This document shows positions 9,086 through 17,916 of a DNA stretch of 24,000 nt, one piece after another. The DNA comes from Pseudocalidococcus azoricus BACA0444. Its GTDB lineage: Bacteria > Cyanobacteriota > Cyanobacteriia > Thermosynechococcales > Thermosynechococcaceae. Every line of letters begins with the position of its first letter. Positions within the stretch are counted from its first letter, which is position 1. The position numbers and the translations under genes were made by a program. The notes beneath the pieces were generated by a model. It had not been told where the DNA came from, ran no database searches, and worked only from the letters and a program-made list of their open reading frames with translations. The stretch lies in assembly GCF_031729055.1 (NCBI RefSeq), contig NZ_JAVMIP010000011.1, positions 59,936 through 83,935 on the forward strand, given 5' to 3'.

Positions 9086-9414
9086 AGTTTCTATTTGATC
9101 AAAATTTGAGTCATAAACTGGTGATCAGGTTGGCAGATATTTGCCCTGGTTCTAGTCATGTTCAACTACATGATTGACAAGAAAAGACCGATACTGAGAT
9201 TTGGGAATTTGCCAAAATCTATAACTTTTGTCTTGTCACTCAAGATGCAGATTTTGTTGAGCGTAGTCGTTTATATGGCTCACCACCAAAAGTGATCTAG
9301 CTCCGTTGTGGGAATGCACCAACCTATTAAATGGAAGCAATTATTCATTTTGGAATGTCAGCCATTCAAGAACTAGTTAATAATCCCAATTTCCATTGCT
9401 TAGAGCTACACTAG
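9082..9414 (+). pseudogene. DUF5615 / Mut7-C PIN-like (COG4634) toxin-like gene with three in-frame nonsense codons
   Basis: A single frame of 111 codons reads LKFLFDQNLSHKLVIRLADICPGSSHVQLHD*QEKTDTEIWEFAKIYNFCLVTQDADFVERSRLYGSPPKVI*LRCGNAPTY*MEAIIHFGMSAIQELVNNPNFHCLELH*. Stops are TGA 9175-9177, TAG 9298-9300 and TAA 9328-9330. It matches the DUF5615 pattern (KFL.DeNLs..l...L....p.s.HV...gl....D.eIw.fA......ivTkD.DF......g.PPKvIwlR.GN). The start is TTG, overlapping the DUF433 stop (gTTGA). Confidence 0.8.
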
Positions 9415-9424
9415 AACATTGAGG

Positions 9425-10477
9425 TTAAGTTGCTATTGCACCACTACAGGAACTCCCCGCTCCTGCCGTACAGCCAAAGCAATGCCGATTGGTCATAATA
9501 GCACGCCGCTGGAGTTGGCTTGGCTCAAAATCCTGAATTAGAAGCGGTTCTCCCTTGGCATTGAGGATCGGTAAATCGAGCATTTGGTTAAAGTCACAGT
9601 CATATAACTTGCCATTCCAGGCCACGGACAGGGTGTTGCGACACATCAAGCCAGAAATAGTCTGGGGATTAAAGGATTTGACGAGGAGTTCTAAATAGGT
9701 TGTTAGTTCTCCTTGAGTTTGTAAGTAATCTAAATAGCGGGCAATGGGCATATTATTGAGGGTAATCAGGCGGTCAAAGGTGACTCCATAATTACTTTGC
9801 AAGGTGTCGCGCCAAGACTTTTCAATACAAGGATTGAATTTAGCAAGTTGGGGGGTAACTGGATTAGAAACTAAGACGAGTTGCCGTTGGGGATCCCCTT
9901 GTCCGTAACCGGCGGCATTTAAGGCCTGTAAGGCGGTGATTGATTTAGCAAAAGTTCCAGTTCCCCGTTGTTGATCAGTACCTACTGCGGCAAAATCCGG
10001 CAACGAACAAACAATTTCTACCCCGCGCGCCCCCAACCAGGCCGGTAAATCCGTCATCCCTGGTAACAGCAGCACCGTTAAATTACAGCGATCAATGACT
10101 TTTTTGCCCCGCGCTACAGACTCCTCAACCAAATAGCGAAAATGGGGATTCAGTTCTGGCGCGCCCCCCGTAATATCCACCGTTGTTGCAGCCGTCAAAT
10201 CCAAGGCCCGTAAGCAGGTATCCACCAGCCGCCGATCCATATTTTCTTGGGTACGAGTTGGCCCGGCATCCACATGACAATGTTCACAGGCCAAGTTACA
10301 AAGCTTTCCCAAGTTAATTTGCAAAATCTCCAAATTTCCCCGCCAGAGAGAATGTTGATCATGGGCGGCTAAGGTGGCCTGGAAATTCCCCTGATGACAT
10401 ACACCGCTTAACTCCAAGGAGTTGAGTAGATCAAGTTGGGTCTGGGGGCTGGGAATGGTGCTGCGGCTGGGGGGCAT
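9425..10477 (-). CDS. arsS: Arsenosugar-biosynthesis radical SAM protein ArsS (TIGR04167 type)
   Basis: Radical SAM cluster motif INLGKLCNLACEHCHVDAGP, then DITGGAPELNPHFRYLV, RCNLTVL, SLPDF...TDQQRGTGTFAKSI.ALQALNAAGYG, NNMPIARY, LMCRNTLSVAWNGKLYDCDFNQML. The Cys-rich C-terminus HCFGCTAGAGSSCSGA is characteristic of ArsS. Confidence 0.85.
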   Translation of the reverse strand: MPPSRSTIPSPQTQLDLLNSLELSGVCHQGNFQATLAAHDQHSLWRGNLEILQINLGKLCNLACEHCHVDAGPTRTQENMDRRLVDTCLRALDLTAATTVDITGGAPELNPHFRYLVEESVARGKKVIDRCNLTVLLLPGMTDLPAWLGARGVEIVCSLPDFAAVGTDQQRGTGTFAKSITALQALNAAGYGQGDPQRQLVLVSNPVTPQLAKFNPCIEKSWRDTLQSNYGVTFDRLITLNNMPIARYLDYLQTQGELTTYLELLVKSFNPQTISGLMCRNTLSVAWNGKLYDCDFNQMLDLPILNAKGEPLLIQDFEPSQLQRRAIMTNRHCFGCTAGAGSSCSGAIAT

Positions 10478-10525
10478 GAGGTTCTAAAGCAAAAATTCTA
10501 TCTCTAGGGTGACACAGGCCCAGGG

Positions 10526-11854
10526 TTATGGGGATTGCAACACGGCCTCTAGGCTCTCGGTGAAGTTGGGATAGGAGACTGTGGCCGCTGCCCCGCGTTG
10601 AATGGTGGTTGTTCCCTTGGCCTGTAATCCGGCAATCGCCAAACTCATGGCCATGCGGTGATCCCCCCAACTATCCACCTCTGCCCCCTGAAGGACTTCC
10701 CCGCCGATAATTTCCAGGCCATCGGGTAATTCCGTGACTTTCACTCCCATCCGACCTAACTGGGTGGCAATGGCCTGGAGGCGATCACTTTCTTTCACCC
10801 GCAATTCCGCCGCATCCCGAATCACTGTTGTTCCTTGGGCAAAGGCCGCCGCCACCGCCAAAATCGGGACTTCATCAATCAAGCGAGGTAGAATCTTACC
10901 TTCAATCACCGTGGCCTGGAGGGGACTACTACTGACTCGTAAATCCGCCACGGGTTCCCCGGTCACAATCCGCATATTCTCCTGGGTAATGTTTGCCCCC
11001 ATTGCCTCCAAGACTTCTAAAACGCCTGTCCGGGTGGGATTAACACCAACATTGGGTAAAAATAGCTCTGAGCCGGGTGTAATTGCCGCCGCCACCAACC
11101 AAAAGGCCGCCGAACTAATATCCCCTGGGACTGTGACCTGTTGCCCCTGTAATTGCCCAGGCCCCGTAATGCTGACCTGACATAATTCTGGATCCACCTC
11201 TAAGGTCGCCCCAAAGGCCTTCAACATCCGTTCACTGTGATCCCGGGAGAGGGCGGGTTCGGTAATTGTGGTGATGCCGGGGGTATGGAGTCCAGCTAAG
11301 AGGAGACAGGATTTGACTTGAGCCGAGGCAATCGGGGAATGGTAGTGGATGGCTTGGAGGGTCTGTCCTTGCACCGCCAATGGCGCAAAATTCCCCTGTC
11401 CCCGCCCCCAAATCGTTGCGCCCATTGATTGTAAAGGCTGGACAACCCGCTTCATCGGCCGGCCCCGGAGTGAACTATCTCCCGTCACGGCATAAAACTT
11501 TCCGGGCTGACTGGCTAAAATTCCCAACATCAGGCGCAATGTGGTTCCGGAATTACCGGCATCCAACACATCGGCCGCTTCCTGAAGATTTCCGATTCCC
11601 TGAATGACTACACAATCACTATTTAGCTCGGAAATGGTTGCTCCCAAGGCCTGGAAACAGGCGGCCGTACTTCGGGGATCATCCCCCAACAGCAGGCCCC
11701 GAATTTCAGTTTGCCCCGCTGCCAAGGCCCCCAACATCAAGGCCCGGTGGGAAATGGATTTGTCCCCAGGAATCATGACTGTTCCCTGTAAGGCATAATC
11801 TCCAGGCCGGATCTGCCAGGTATCGGGGGCGAGCAGGGTGAGGGCAGTCGTCAT
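10526..11854 (-). CDS. aroA: 3-phosphoshikimate 1-carboxyvinyltransferase (EPSP synthase)
   Basis: [101 protein letters not shown]. These are canonical AroA motifs. Confidence 0.96.
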   Translation of the reverse strand: MTTALTLLAPDTWQIRPGDYALQGTVMIPGDKSISHRALMLGALAAGQTEIRGLLLGDDPRSTAACFQALGATISELNSDCVVIQGIGNLQEAADVLDAGNSGTTLRLMLGILASQPGKFYAVTGDSSLRGRPMKRVVQPLQSMGATIWGRGQGNFAPLAVQGQTLQAIHYHSPIASAQVKSCLLLAGLHTPGITTITEPALSRDHSERMLKAFGATLEVDPELCQVSITGPGQLQGQQVTVPGDISSAAFWLVAAAITPGSELFLPNVGVNPTRTGVLEVLEAMGANITQENMRIVTGEPVADLRVSSSPLQATVIEGKILPRLIDEVPILAVAAAFAQGTTVIRDAAELRVKESDRLQAIATQLGRMGVKVTELPDGLEIIGGEVLQGAEVDSWGDHRMAMSLAIAGLQAKGTTTIQRGAAATVSYPNFTESLEAVLQSP

Positions 11855-12084
11855 AGAGAGTTACTCATCATCGGGCTGGAAACGGAGATTAACCGCAATA
11901 GAAAAATTTTATCCTGAGACGGTTATTCTGGTTGATTCTGAATTTAGGTCAGTCCGCCGAGAGTGTTCCTTGATTTGGCCCAAGATTTAGAAGGGGAAAG
12001 GGGTTTGGTAAGATTGGGCTGTTCTCTTGGAAATGGGATGGATCGACAAAGCATGGGTTCTTATGGGTTAGCCCAGGCCAGGTA

Positions 12085-13527
12085 ATGTTAAAAACCAGAC
12101 AGCAAGCTTGGGGTTGGCCAAAATTACGGCTGGGCTATGCATGGATGATGTCCCTGGGCTTCCTGGCGGGGGATGTGGTGAGCCTCGGGTTAGCCGTTAC
12201 CCTCAGTGTTTGGGGACGTTGGATTTTTGACGGACAATATTACCCCTCCCTCTACCTGGCCTGGTTGCCCCTCTTAGTATTTTTTCCCCTGGCCTATGCC
12301 ATTGTCGGTCTATATCCAGGGGTGGGGATGAGTCCGGTGGATGAGTTACGCTGGCTGAGTTTAATGACCACGCTGGTTTATACCGTGCTGGGATCCGTAA
12401 TTTTTCTAGTTCGAGAGGGTGAGACCTATTCCCGGTTAGTCTTTCTAATTGCCTGGGTTTTATCGCTGTTGATGATTCCAATCGGGCGGGGGATGTTGCG
12501 GCATTTTGCCAGTGGCCAGGCCTGGTGGGGGCAACCCGTGATTATCTTGGGGGCCGGGAAAACGGGGGAGTTGGTCTTAAGAACCTTGCTCCATAACCCT
12601 GGCCTGGGTCTGAAACCCGTTGTCCTCCTCGACGATGATCCGGCTAAACAGGGAGAGGTGCTGGAGGGGGTTGTGATTCGGGGAGGGGTCGCCCAGGCCC
12701 CGCAGTTAGCCCAAAAGTTGAAAATTTCCTATGCGATTGTGGCCATGCCAGGGGTTGATCCACGGCGATTAGTCCAAATCTTAGAAAACTACGGCCATTG
12801 TTTTGAGCATCTGTTAGTGATTCCAGATCTCTTTGGCCTGGCCAGTTTATGGGTCGAGTCTAAGGATTTAGCCGGTTTATTATCCCTGGAAGTCAGACAA
12901 CAACTCCTCCTGCCACTACCCCGATTTACCAAGGCCTGCATTGATTTTTGCCTCTCGGTGGTGATTGGCCTGGCCTGCTTTCCCCTGTTGCTGATCATTG
13001 CGGCTCTCATTTACCTGGACTGCCCGGGCCCGATTTTCTACACCCAGGCCCGGCTTGGTCGCAATGGCAAAACTTTTTACGCCGTGAAATTTCGCTCCAT
13101 GCTCCCCGATGCTGATCAAATTCTGGCGGCCTATTTGGAACGTTTTCCCGAGTATCAACAGGAATGGGAGCAGGATCACAAGCTGAAACAAGATCCCCGC
13201 TTAACTCGTGTCGGTTGGTGGTTACGGCGGACAAGCCTAGATGAATTGCCCCAACTCTGGAATGTACTGCGGGGGGAAATGAGCTTAGTGGGGCCGCGGC
13301 CGATTGTCACCGATGAAATTCCCAAATATGAGGAAAAATATGCCCTCTATACCCGCGTCAAACCAGGGATTACGGGCCTGTGGCAGGTATCAGGACGCAA
13401 TAATATCTCCTATGAAGAACGAGTCAACCTAGATGCCTACTATGTCCGTAACTGGTCGGTATGGCTAGATTTTTATATTCTCTTACGGACTATTTGGGTG
13501 GTTTTGATGGCAGACGGGGCCTACTAA
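12085..13527 (+). CDS. Polyprenyl-phosphate hexose-1-phosphate transferase (WbaP/exopolysaccharide initiating sugar transferase family)
   Basis: Four to five N-terminal TM helices and a central Rossmann-like region (VIILGAGKTGELV). The C-terminal bacterial sugar transferase domain has GRNGKTFYAVKFRSM, DELPQLWNVLRGEMSLVGPRP, KPGITGLWQVSGRN and YY..NWS.WLD. Confidence 0.88.
   Translation: MLKTRQQAWGWPKLRLGYAWMMSLGFLAGDVVSLGLAVTLSVWGRWIFDGQYYPSLYLAWLPLLVFFPLAYAIVGLYPGVGMSPVDELRWLSLMTTLVYTVLGSVIFLVREGETYSRLVFLIAWVLSLLMIPIGRGMLRHFASGQAWWGQPVIILGAGKTGELVLRTLLHNPGLGLKPVVLLDDDPAKQGEVLEGVVIRGGVAQAPQLAQKLKISYAIVAMPGVDPRRLVQILENYGHCFEHLLVIPDLFGLASLWVESKDLAGLLSLEVRQQLLLPLPRFTKACIDFCLSVVIGLACFPLLLIIAALIYLDCPGPIFYTQARLGRNGKTFYAVKFRSMLPDADQILAAYLERFPEYQQEWEQDHKLKQDPRLTRVGWWLRRTSLDELPQLWNVLRGEMSLVGPRPIVTDEIPKYEEKYALYTRVKPGITGLWQVSGRNNISYEERVNLDAYYVRNWSVWLDFYILLRTIWVVLMADGAY
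12516..12525. repeat. Full decamer palindrome CCAGGCCTGG
   Basis: Read directly: agtggCCAGGCCTGGtgggg, inside the sugar transferase gene. Confidence 0.9.
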
Positions 13528-13721
13528 CGGGGTTTGAACCAGGATGCGATTTTTTCAGAACAGTGCTTACATAGTGACTAGAGCGGACAGTAAACCAAGA
13601 TTGGCCTGGCTCTGGTGTTGCCTATGGTGGGTTAAACGTCAGCCCGTTAGGAAATCATGAAGCCATCTCCCTTAACGTTTATTTTCCATGTACCAGCCTG
13701 TATAACGCTAGAGTTGCCCCT

Positions 13722-14852
13722 TTGTCTGCCAATCTCACTCTCCACGAATCCTACATGGCCCGATGTTTAGCACTGGCAGCCCAGGCCAGGGGTCGCACCT
13801 CGCCTAATCCGCTGGTGGGCTGTGTCATTGTCCAGGCCGGAGAAGTTATCGGTGAAGGGTGGCATCCCCAGGCCGGTCAACCCCATGCAGAAGTTTTTGC
13901 CTTACAAGCGGCTGGAGATAACTCGCGGGGGGCAACTCTCTATGTCAATCTCGAACCCTGCAATCACTATGGGCGTACGCCTCCTTGCACTGAAGCGGTG
14001 ATCCAGGCCGGGATTAAGACGGTGGTGGTCGGTTTGATTGATCCAGATTCACGGGTTTCCGGGAGTGGAGTGGCCCGTTTACGTCAGGCTGGCCTGGAGG
14101 TAATCACCGGAGTTTTAGAGGCGGCCTGTCGGGACTTGAATGAGGCGTTTGTCCATCGGGTCTTATACCAGCGGCCCTTTGGAATTCTCAAATATGCCAT
14201 GACTTTGGACGGAAAAATTGCCAGCCGCAGTGGTCACAGCCAATGGATTACCTCGGAAACAGCCCGCCATGTGGTTCATCAACTCCGGGCCGAATCCGAT
14301 GCGGTGATTGTCGGGGGGAATACCGTGCGGCAAGATAACCCCTCCTTAACCAGCCACCAGGCCAGTGACCATCATCCCCTGCGCGTCGTCATGAGTCGGC
14401 AATTAAACCTGCCCTACCCCGCCCAGCTTTGGCAAACGGATATCGCCCCCACCCTTGTCTTAACGGAAGCCGCCCCTGATCATCCCGTGGCCCAAACCCT
14501 GCAAAATCAAGGGGTCGAACTCCAAACCTTGCCCAGCTTAACCCCAACCACAGCCTTGAATGTTCTGGGCGGGCGCGGGATCAATACGGTGCTGTGGGAA
14601 TCCGGCGGCATCCTCAGTACCCAGGCCTTGCGAGAGGGGATGATTCAAAAAATCTGGGCCTTTATTGCACCGAAAATTATTGGTGGCCAGGGAGAGGCGA
14701 CTCCGTTTCGAGATCTGGGCCTGGAAACGATGGCGGAGGCGATTACCCTTGAACGAGTCCAGTGGCAGCCCATTGGCACCGAAATGTTACTCCAGGCCTA
14801 TATCCCCCCCAGCCAATATGCCCAAGGGCCATTTCCTGCCCCTAACTTGTAA
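13722..14852 (+). CDS. ribD: Bifunctional riboflavin biosynthesis protein RibD (deaminase/reductase)
   Basis: YMARCLALA..ARGRTSPNPLVGCVIV..GEVIGEGWH..AGQPHAEV.AL, then the zinc site LYVNLEPCNHYGRTPPCT. The reductase half has KYAMTLDGKIA and GGNTVRQDNPSLT. The start is ambiguous between TTG 13722 (ORF track) and ATG 13755. Confidence 0.94.
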   Translation: MSANLTLHESYMARCLALAAQARGRTSPNPLVGCVIVQAGEVIGEGWHPQAGQPHAEVFALQAAGDNSRGATLYVNLEPCNHYGRTPPCTEAVIQAGIKTVVVGLIDPDSRVSGSGVARLRQAGLEVITGVLEAACRDLNEAFVHRVLYQRPFGILKYAMTLDGKIASRSGHSQWITSETARHVVHQLRAESDAVIVGGNTVRQDNPSLTSHQASDHHPLRVVMSRQLNLPYPAQLWQTDIAPTLVLTEAAPDHPVAQTLQNQGVELQTLPSLTPTTALNVLGGRGINTVLWESGGILSTQALREGMIQKIWAFIAPKIIGGQGEATPFRDLGLETMAEAITLERVQWQPIGTEMLLQAYIPPSQYAQGPFPAPNL

Positions 14853-14904
14853 GATGTAGAGAACTTTGCCCAGCTAGACCCTTGCCCTGCCCCGGAGTCC
14901 TGTC

Positions 14905-15537
14905 TTGATCACCCTCCTGAGTCTCTTCAGTGGTAGCTTAGGATTATCTTTGGTCGTCACGAGTCAGTGGTGGTTTTGGCTCAGTGACCAGGCCTTGGTT
15001 CAGCAAGAAGAAGAGGAAGACTTGACCCAGTATCAAACCCCGCCCAATCCCACCGCCACCGCCCCCAAGACAAATACGGTTGGGTGGGAATTTAAGATTG
15101 TCCGGGCCCAACGGAGTATTTTTCAGCAACCAGAAACGTTAAAAACAGTCTGTCAAGAGGAGAGTCAGGGGGGGTGGATATTACTGGAAAAGTTAGATGA
15201 TCGGCGATTACGCTTCAAACGTCCCACCACCTGCCGTAAGCAAACAAACCCCAATCCCAATTACGATCCCTATCGGAGTTTTTATGGGAGTCGTTGGAGC
15301 TTGACCCCGATCCTTTCTGGAATCATTGCCGTAACGATGACTGCTCTCCCGGCCTATTTAGCCTATCGCCTGGTCAGCCTGCAACTTAGCTCCCCGAGTG
15401 CTCCCCCCGCGTCTTTGTCCCCACCGCCTCGCCCATTGCCTAGTGATCCCCTCGGTGATCCCCCCAGTAATCCGGCTGTGCTTGATGCCCCCTTTACTCC
15501 GCCCGCCCCTCCGCTGCTGCCTAGTCCTGGCCCTTAA
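14905..15537 (+). CDS. Hypothetical membrane protein with a proline-rich C-terminal tail
   Basis: 210-codon ORF 14 nt upstream of the kinase gene. It has two predicted TM helices (LLSLFSGSLGLSLVV and ILSGIIAVTMTALPAYLAY), a conserved-looking core WEFKIVRAQRSIF..PE.L......E.QGGWILLEKLDDRRLRFKRP, and a C-terminus with 40% Pro. There is no ATG near the 5' end (TTG start in the track), so the start is uncertain. Confidence 0.5.
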   Translation: MITLLSLFSGSLGLSLVVTSQWWFWLSDQALVQQEEEEDLTQYQTPPNPTATAPKTNTVGWEFKIVRAQRSIFQQPETLKTVCQEESQGGWILLEKLDDRRLRFKRPTTCRKQTNPNPNYDPYRSFYGSRWSLTPILSGIIAVTMTALPAYLAYRLVSLQLSSPSAPPASLSPPPRPLPSDPLGDPPSNPAVLDAPFTPPAPPLLPSPGP

Positions 15538-15551
15538 CCCCTGCTTGTGAT

Positions 15552-17003
15552 ATGACCGTTACTCCCCTCGCTCTCGGCAACTCTCTCCAAGGTGGCAAAT
15601 ATCGTCTTGATGCCCTCCTGAGCCAAGGTGGATTTGGGGTCACCTATCGGGCTACCCATACGCTTTTGCACCAAACGATGGTCTTAAAAACCATTAACCC
15701 GGCCCAGCATGATCCCCAACAACTGGCCCAAATAGGGCAGCGATTTATCCACGAAGCTCAACGTCTGGCCAAATTTCAACATCCCCACATTGTCCGGGTC
15801 AGCGATTGCTTCATTGAGGGGGGGCTACCCTTTATTGTCATGGACTATATTCCGGGGCAAACGTTGGCGGCTTTAGTCCGGAACCGGCCCCTCAGCCCTG
15901 ACCAGGCCATTCACTACATCAAACAGGTGGGTTCGGCCTTGGCTCTGGTTCATGATCATGGCCTCCTGCATCGGGATGTGAAGCCAGACAATATTATGCT
16001 TCGCCAGGGCACGGACTCAGTGGTGTTAATAGATTTTGGCATTGCAAGAGAATATACCCCTGGCAAAGTAGAAACCAATACGGGAATGCTCTCAGCCGGA
16101 TATGCGCCCGTAGAACAATATTTACCAAAGCATCAATGGAGTCCGGCTACCGATATTTATGCTCTGGCGGCAACCCTCTATGCGTTGTTAGCAGCGAAAC
16201 CCCCAGTTGCTTCTGTCTTGCGGGATCGAGTTCCTTTGGATAGTTTGCAAAAGTTTCAACGAAATTTGAGTCCTGGCCTGGAAGCTGCGGTCTTAGCAGG
16301 CATGGCCTTGGATGCGCGGGATCGGCCCCAATCGGTGGCAGAGTGGCTAGATCTCCTTGATGAAACCGAATCGGGCAACGGTCGCGCTGGGGTATCGGCC
16401 ATGACTACCAGTACCGTAGCAGTTCTCCCGCAAGCCCGCCCGATTATTCCGGCAACTCAACCAGAATTAGCTTCAGCCCGTAAATCTCGCTCACAACCGT
16501 CCTCCTCCCGCTCAATGTGGCACAGTCCTTGGTTTTGGTTGTTGGGAACCGCAATTGTGGGCAGTGGCATCGGGGCGGGCCTGGGGTTATGGCTACGACA
16601 ACAAACCAGCATACCTGGCGCACCCCCCTTAATTCAGCAGGATGAATCCTTCCCGCCCACCCGCCCGCCGGTAACACCCCAACCCCCGGTCCTCGACCTT
16701 CCCCCACCCTTTGAGAGTTCTCCAACGCCCTCCTTGCCCAGTCCGGAAATATCCCCCCCCCTGCCGGAAGAGGAGACCCCTCGCCCAGAACTGCCTACCC
16801 CGACTCCAGATGGGAACGGGACTCCGGCTCCAGAAGTGACTCCAACTCCACCGAGTACAGAAACTCCACCCCCAGAGCCAGCCCCGAGCGTTTCACCAGA
16901 ACCCATTCCGGTGGATCCCCCCAAACCGCCCCCAGCACCAGACCCCAAACCAGACCCACCAACGCCCGCCGCGACTGAACCGAAAAACCCAGGCAATCCC
17001 TAA
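15552..17003 (+). CDS. Hanks-type Ser/Thr protein kinase with one TM helix and a long proline-rich extracytoplasmic tail
   Basis: G-loop LSQGGFGVTYRA, VLKTI lysine, catalytic loop HRDVKPDNIM, DFGIA, GYAPVEQ. A TM helix follows (WFWLLGTAIVGSGIGAGLGLW), then ~130 aa of P/T/E-rich low complexity. Confidence 0.92.
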   Translation: MTVTPLALGNSLQGGKYRLDALLSQGGFGVTYRATHTLLHQTMVLKTINPAQHDPQQLAQIGQRFIHEAQRLAKFQHPHIVRVSDCFIEGGLPFIVMDYIPGQTLAALVRNRPLSPDQAIHYIKQVGSALALVHDHGLLHRDVKPDNIMLRQGTDSVVLIDFGIAREYTPGKVETNTGMLSAGYAPVEQYLPKHQWSPATDIYALAATLYALLAAKPPVASVLRDRVPLDSLQKFQRNLSPGLEAAVLAGMALDARDRPQSVAEWLDLLDETESGNGRAGVSAMTTSTVAVLPQARPIIPATQPELASARKSRSQPSSSRSMWHSPWFWLLGTAIVGSGIGAGLGLWLRQQTSIPGAPPLIQQDESFPPTRPPVTPQPPVLDLPPPFESSPTPSLPSPEISPPLPEEETPRPELPTPTPDGNGTPAPEVTPTPPSTETPPPEPAPSVSPEPIPVDPPKPPPAPDPKPDPPTPAATEPKNPGNP

Positions 17004-17080
17004 TCTTTTTGGGTTTTAGCTACTGCATCGGCGATGGGTTGATCCTGGCTGAATAATGTTGAGACTTTAGACGGGCACAG

Positions 17081-17824
17081 ATGGCTGGACATAGTAAGTG
17101 GGCGAATATTAAGCGCCAAAAAGCTCGGGTTGATGCTCAAAAAGGCAAGATTTTTGCGCGCATTTCTCGAGAAATTATTGTCGCAGCCCGCCAGGGTTTA
17201 CCGGATCCGGCCGGGAATTTTCAGTTGCGAACGGCAATTACTAAGGCTAAAGCAGCGGGGATTCCTCAGGAAAATATTGAGCGGGCCATTGCTAAGGGGG
17301 CGGGAACGTGGACAGGAGACGGCGGGGCCTGGGAGACCATTCGCTATGAGGGCTACGGGCCTGGTGGGGTCGCTATTTTGATGGAAGCAGTAACCGATAA
17401 TCGCAATCGCACCGCCGCGGATATTCGTGCCGCCTTTAACAAATTTGATGGGAATTTAGGGGAAACGGGCTGTGTGGGCTGGATGTTCGAGCAGTGGGGA
17501 ATGATTACCTTGCCATTGCCAGCCGATGAAGAGCAATTTTTAGAGGTGCTGTTGCAAGGGGAGACAGAGGAGTATGAACTAGTTACCGATGAAGAACTAG
17601 GCCAAACATTAGTTGCCGTCAAAGTGGCTCCCCTCGGATTGGCGAAACTAACCGGCCTCCTAGACGCGGCGGGCTATCCCATTGAGTCCTCAGAGTTACA
17701 GTGGCTGCCCTTGAACACAGTCCAAATTACTCAACCCGACCAGGCCCGGCAAATATTACGGCTCATGGATGCCCTTGAGGATTTAGACGATATGCAAACC
17801 GTAGCCGCCAACTTTGAGTTATGA
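17081..17824 (+). CDS. yebC: YebC/PmpR family DNA-binding transcriptional regulator
   Basis: MAGHSKWANIKRQKARVDAQKGKIFARISREIIVAAR...DPAGNFQLRTAI.KAKAAGIPQENIERAI..., YEGYGPGGVAILMEAVTDNRNRTAADIR. This is a near-invariant family signature. Confidence 0.95.
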   Translation: MAGHSKWANIKRQKARVDAQKGKIFARISREIIVAARQGLPDPAGNFQLRTAITKAKAAGIPQENIERAIAKGAGTWTGDGGAWETIRYEGYGPGGVAILMEAVTDNRNRTAADIRAAFNKFDGNLGETGCVGWMFEQWGMITLPLPADEEQFLEVLLQGETEEYELVTDEELGQTLVAVKVAPLGLAKLTGLLDAAGYPIESSELQWLPLNTVQITQPDQARQILRLMDALEDLDDMQTVAANFEL

Positions 17825-17825
17825 A

Positions 17826-17841
17826 CTTACACAAGCAGGTA
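17826..17841. repeat. Left arm of the inverted repeat bracketing the Panacea cassette
   Basis: cttacacAAGCaggta. Without the AAGC insertion, it is the exact reverse complement of tacctgtgtaag at 18880-18891. Confidence 0.5.
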
Positions 17842-17916
17842 TAAATGGGCTGCTCTATACAAGAGGGATTGGGAGGGAAAACTCCTACAATGAGGGTGCA
17901 TAGGGTGATTTTCTAA

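Noticed and set aside
10431..10670. 79-aa minus-strand ORF bridging the aroA end and the arsS start
   Set aside because: It is out of frame with, and overlaps, two well-supported genes. Its composition is His/Arg/Pro-rich, and I recognise no motif.
10734..11798. Plus-strand ORFs 10734-11180, 11380-11607 and 11604-11798
   Set aside because: Antisense to aroA. These are typical shadow ORFs of a GC-rich gene.
12203..13234. Minus-strand ORFs inside the sugar transferase gene
   Set aside because: Antisense shadow ORFs. The plus-strand frame carries unambiguous sugar-transferase motifs.
13528..13721. Looked for an FMN riboswitch or other leader upstream of ribD
   Set aside because: No FMN-element-like conserved stems or motifs are visible. 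The region only contains one GGCCTGG copy (13603) and unstructured sequence.
16444..16996. Gly-rich minus-strand ORFs (93 and 120 aa)
   Set aside because: They are the reverse complement of the kinase's proline-codon-rich tail (CCN read as NGG). This is an artefact of low complexity.
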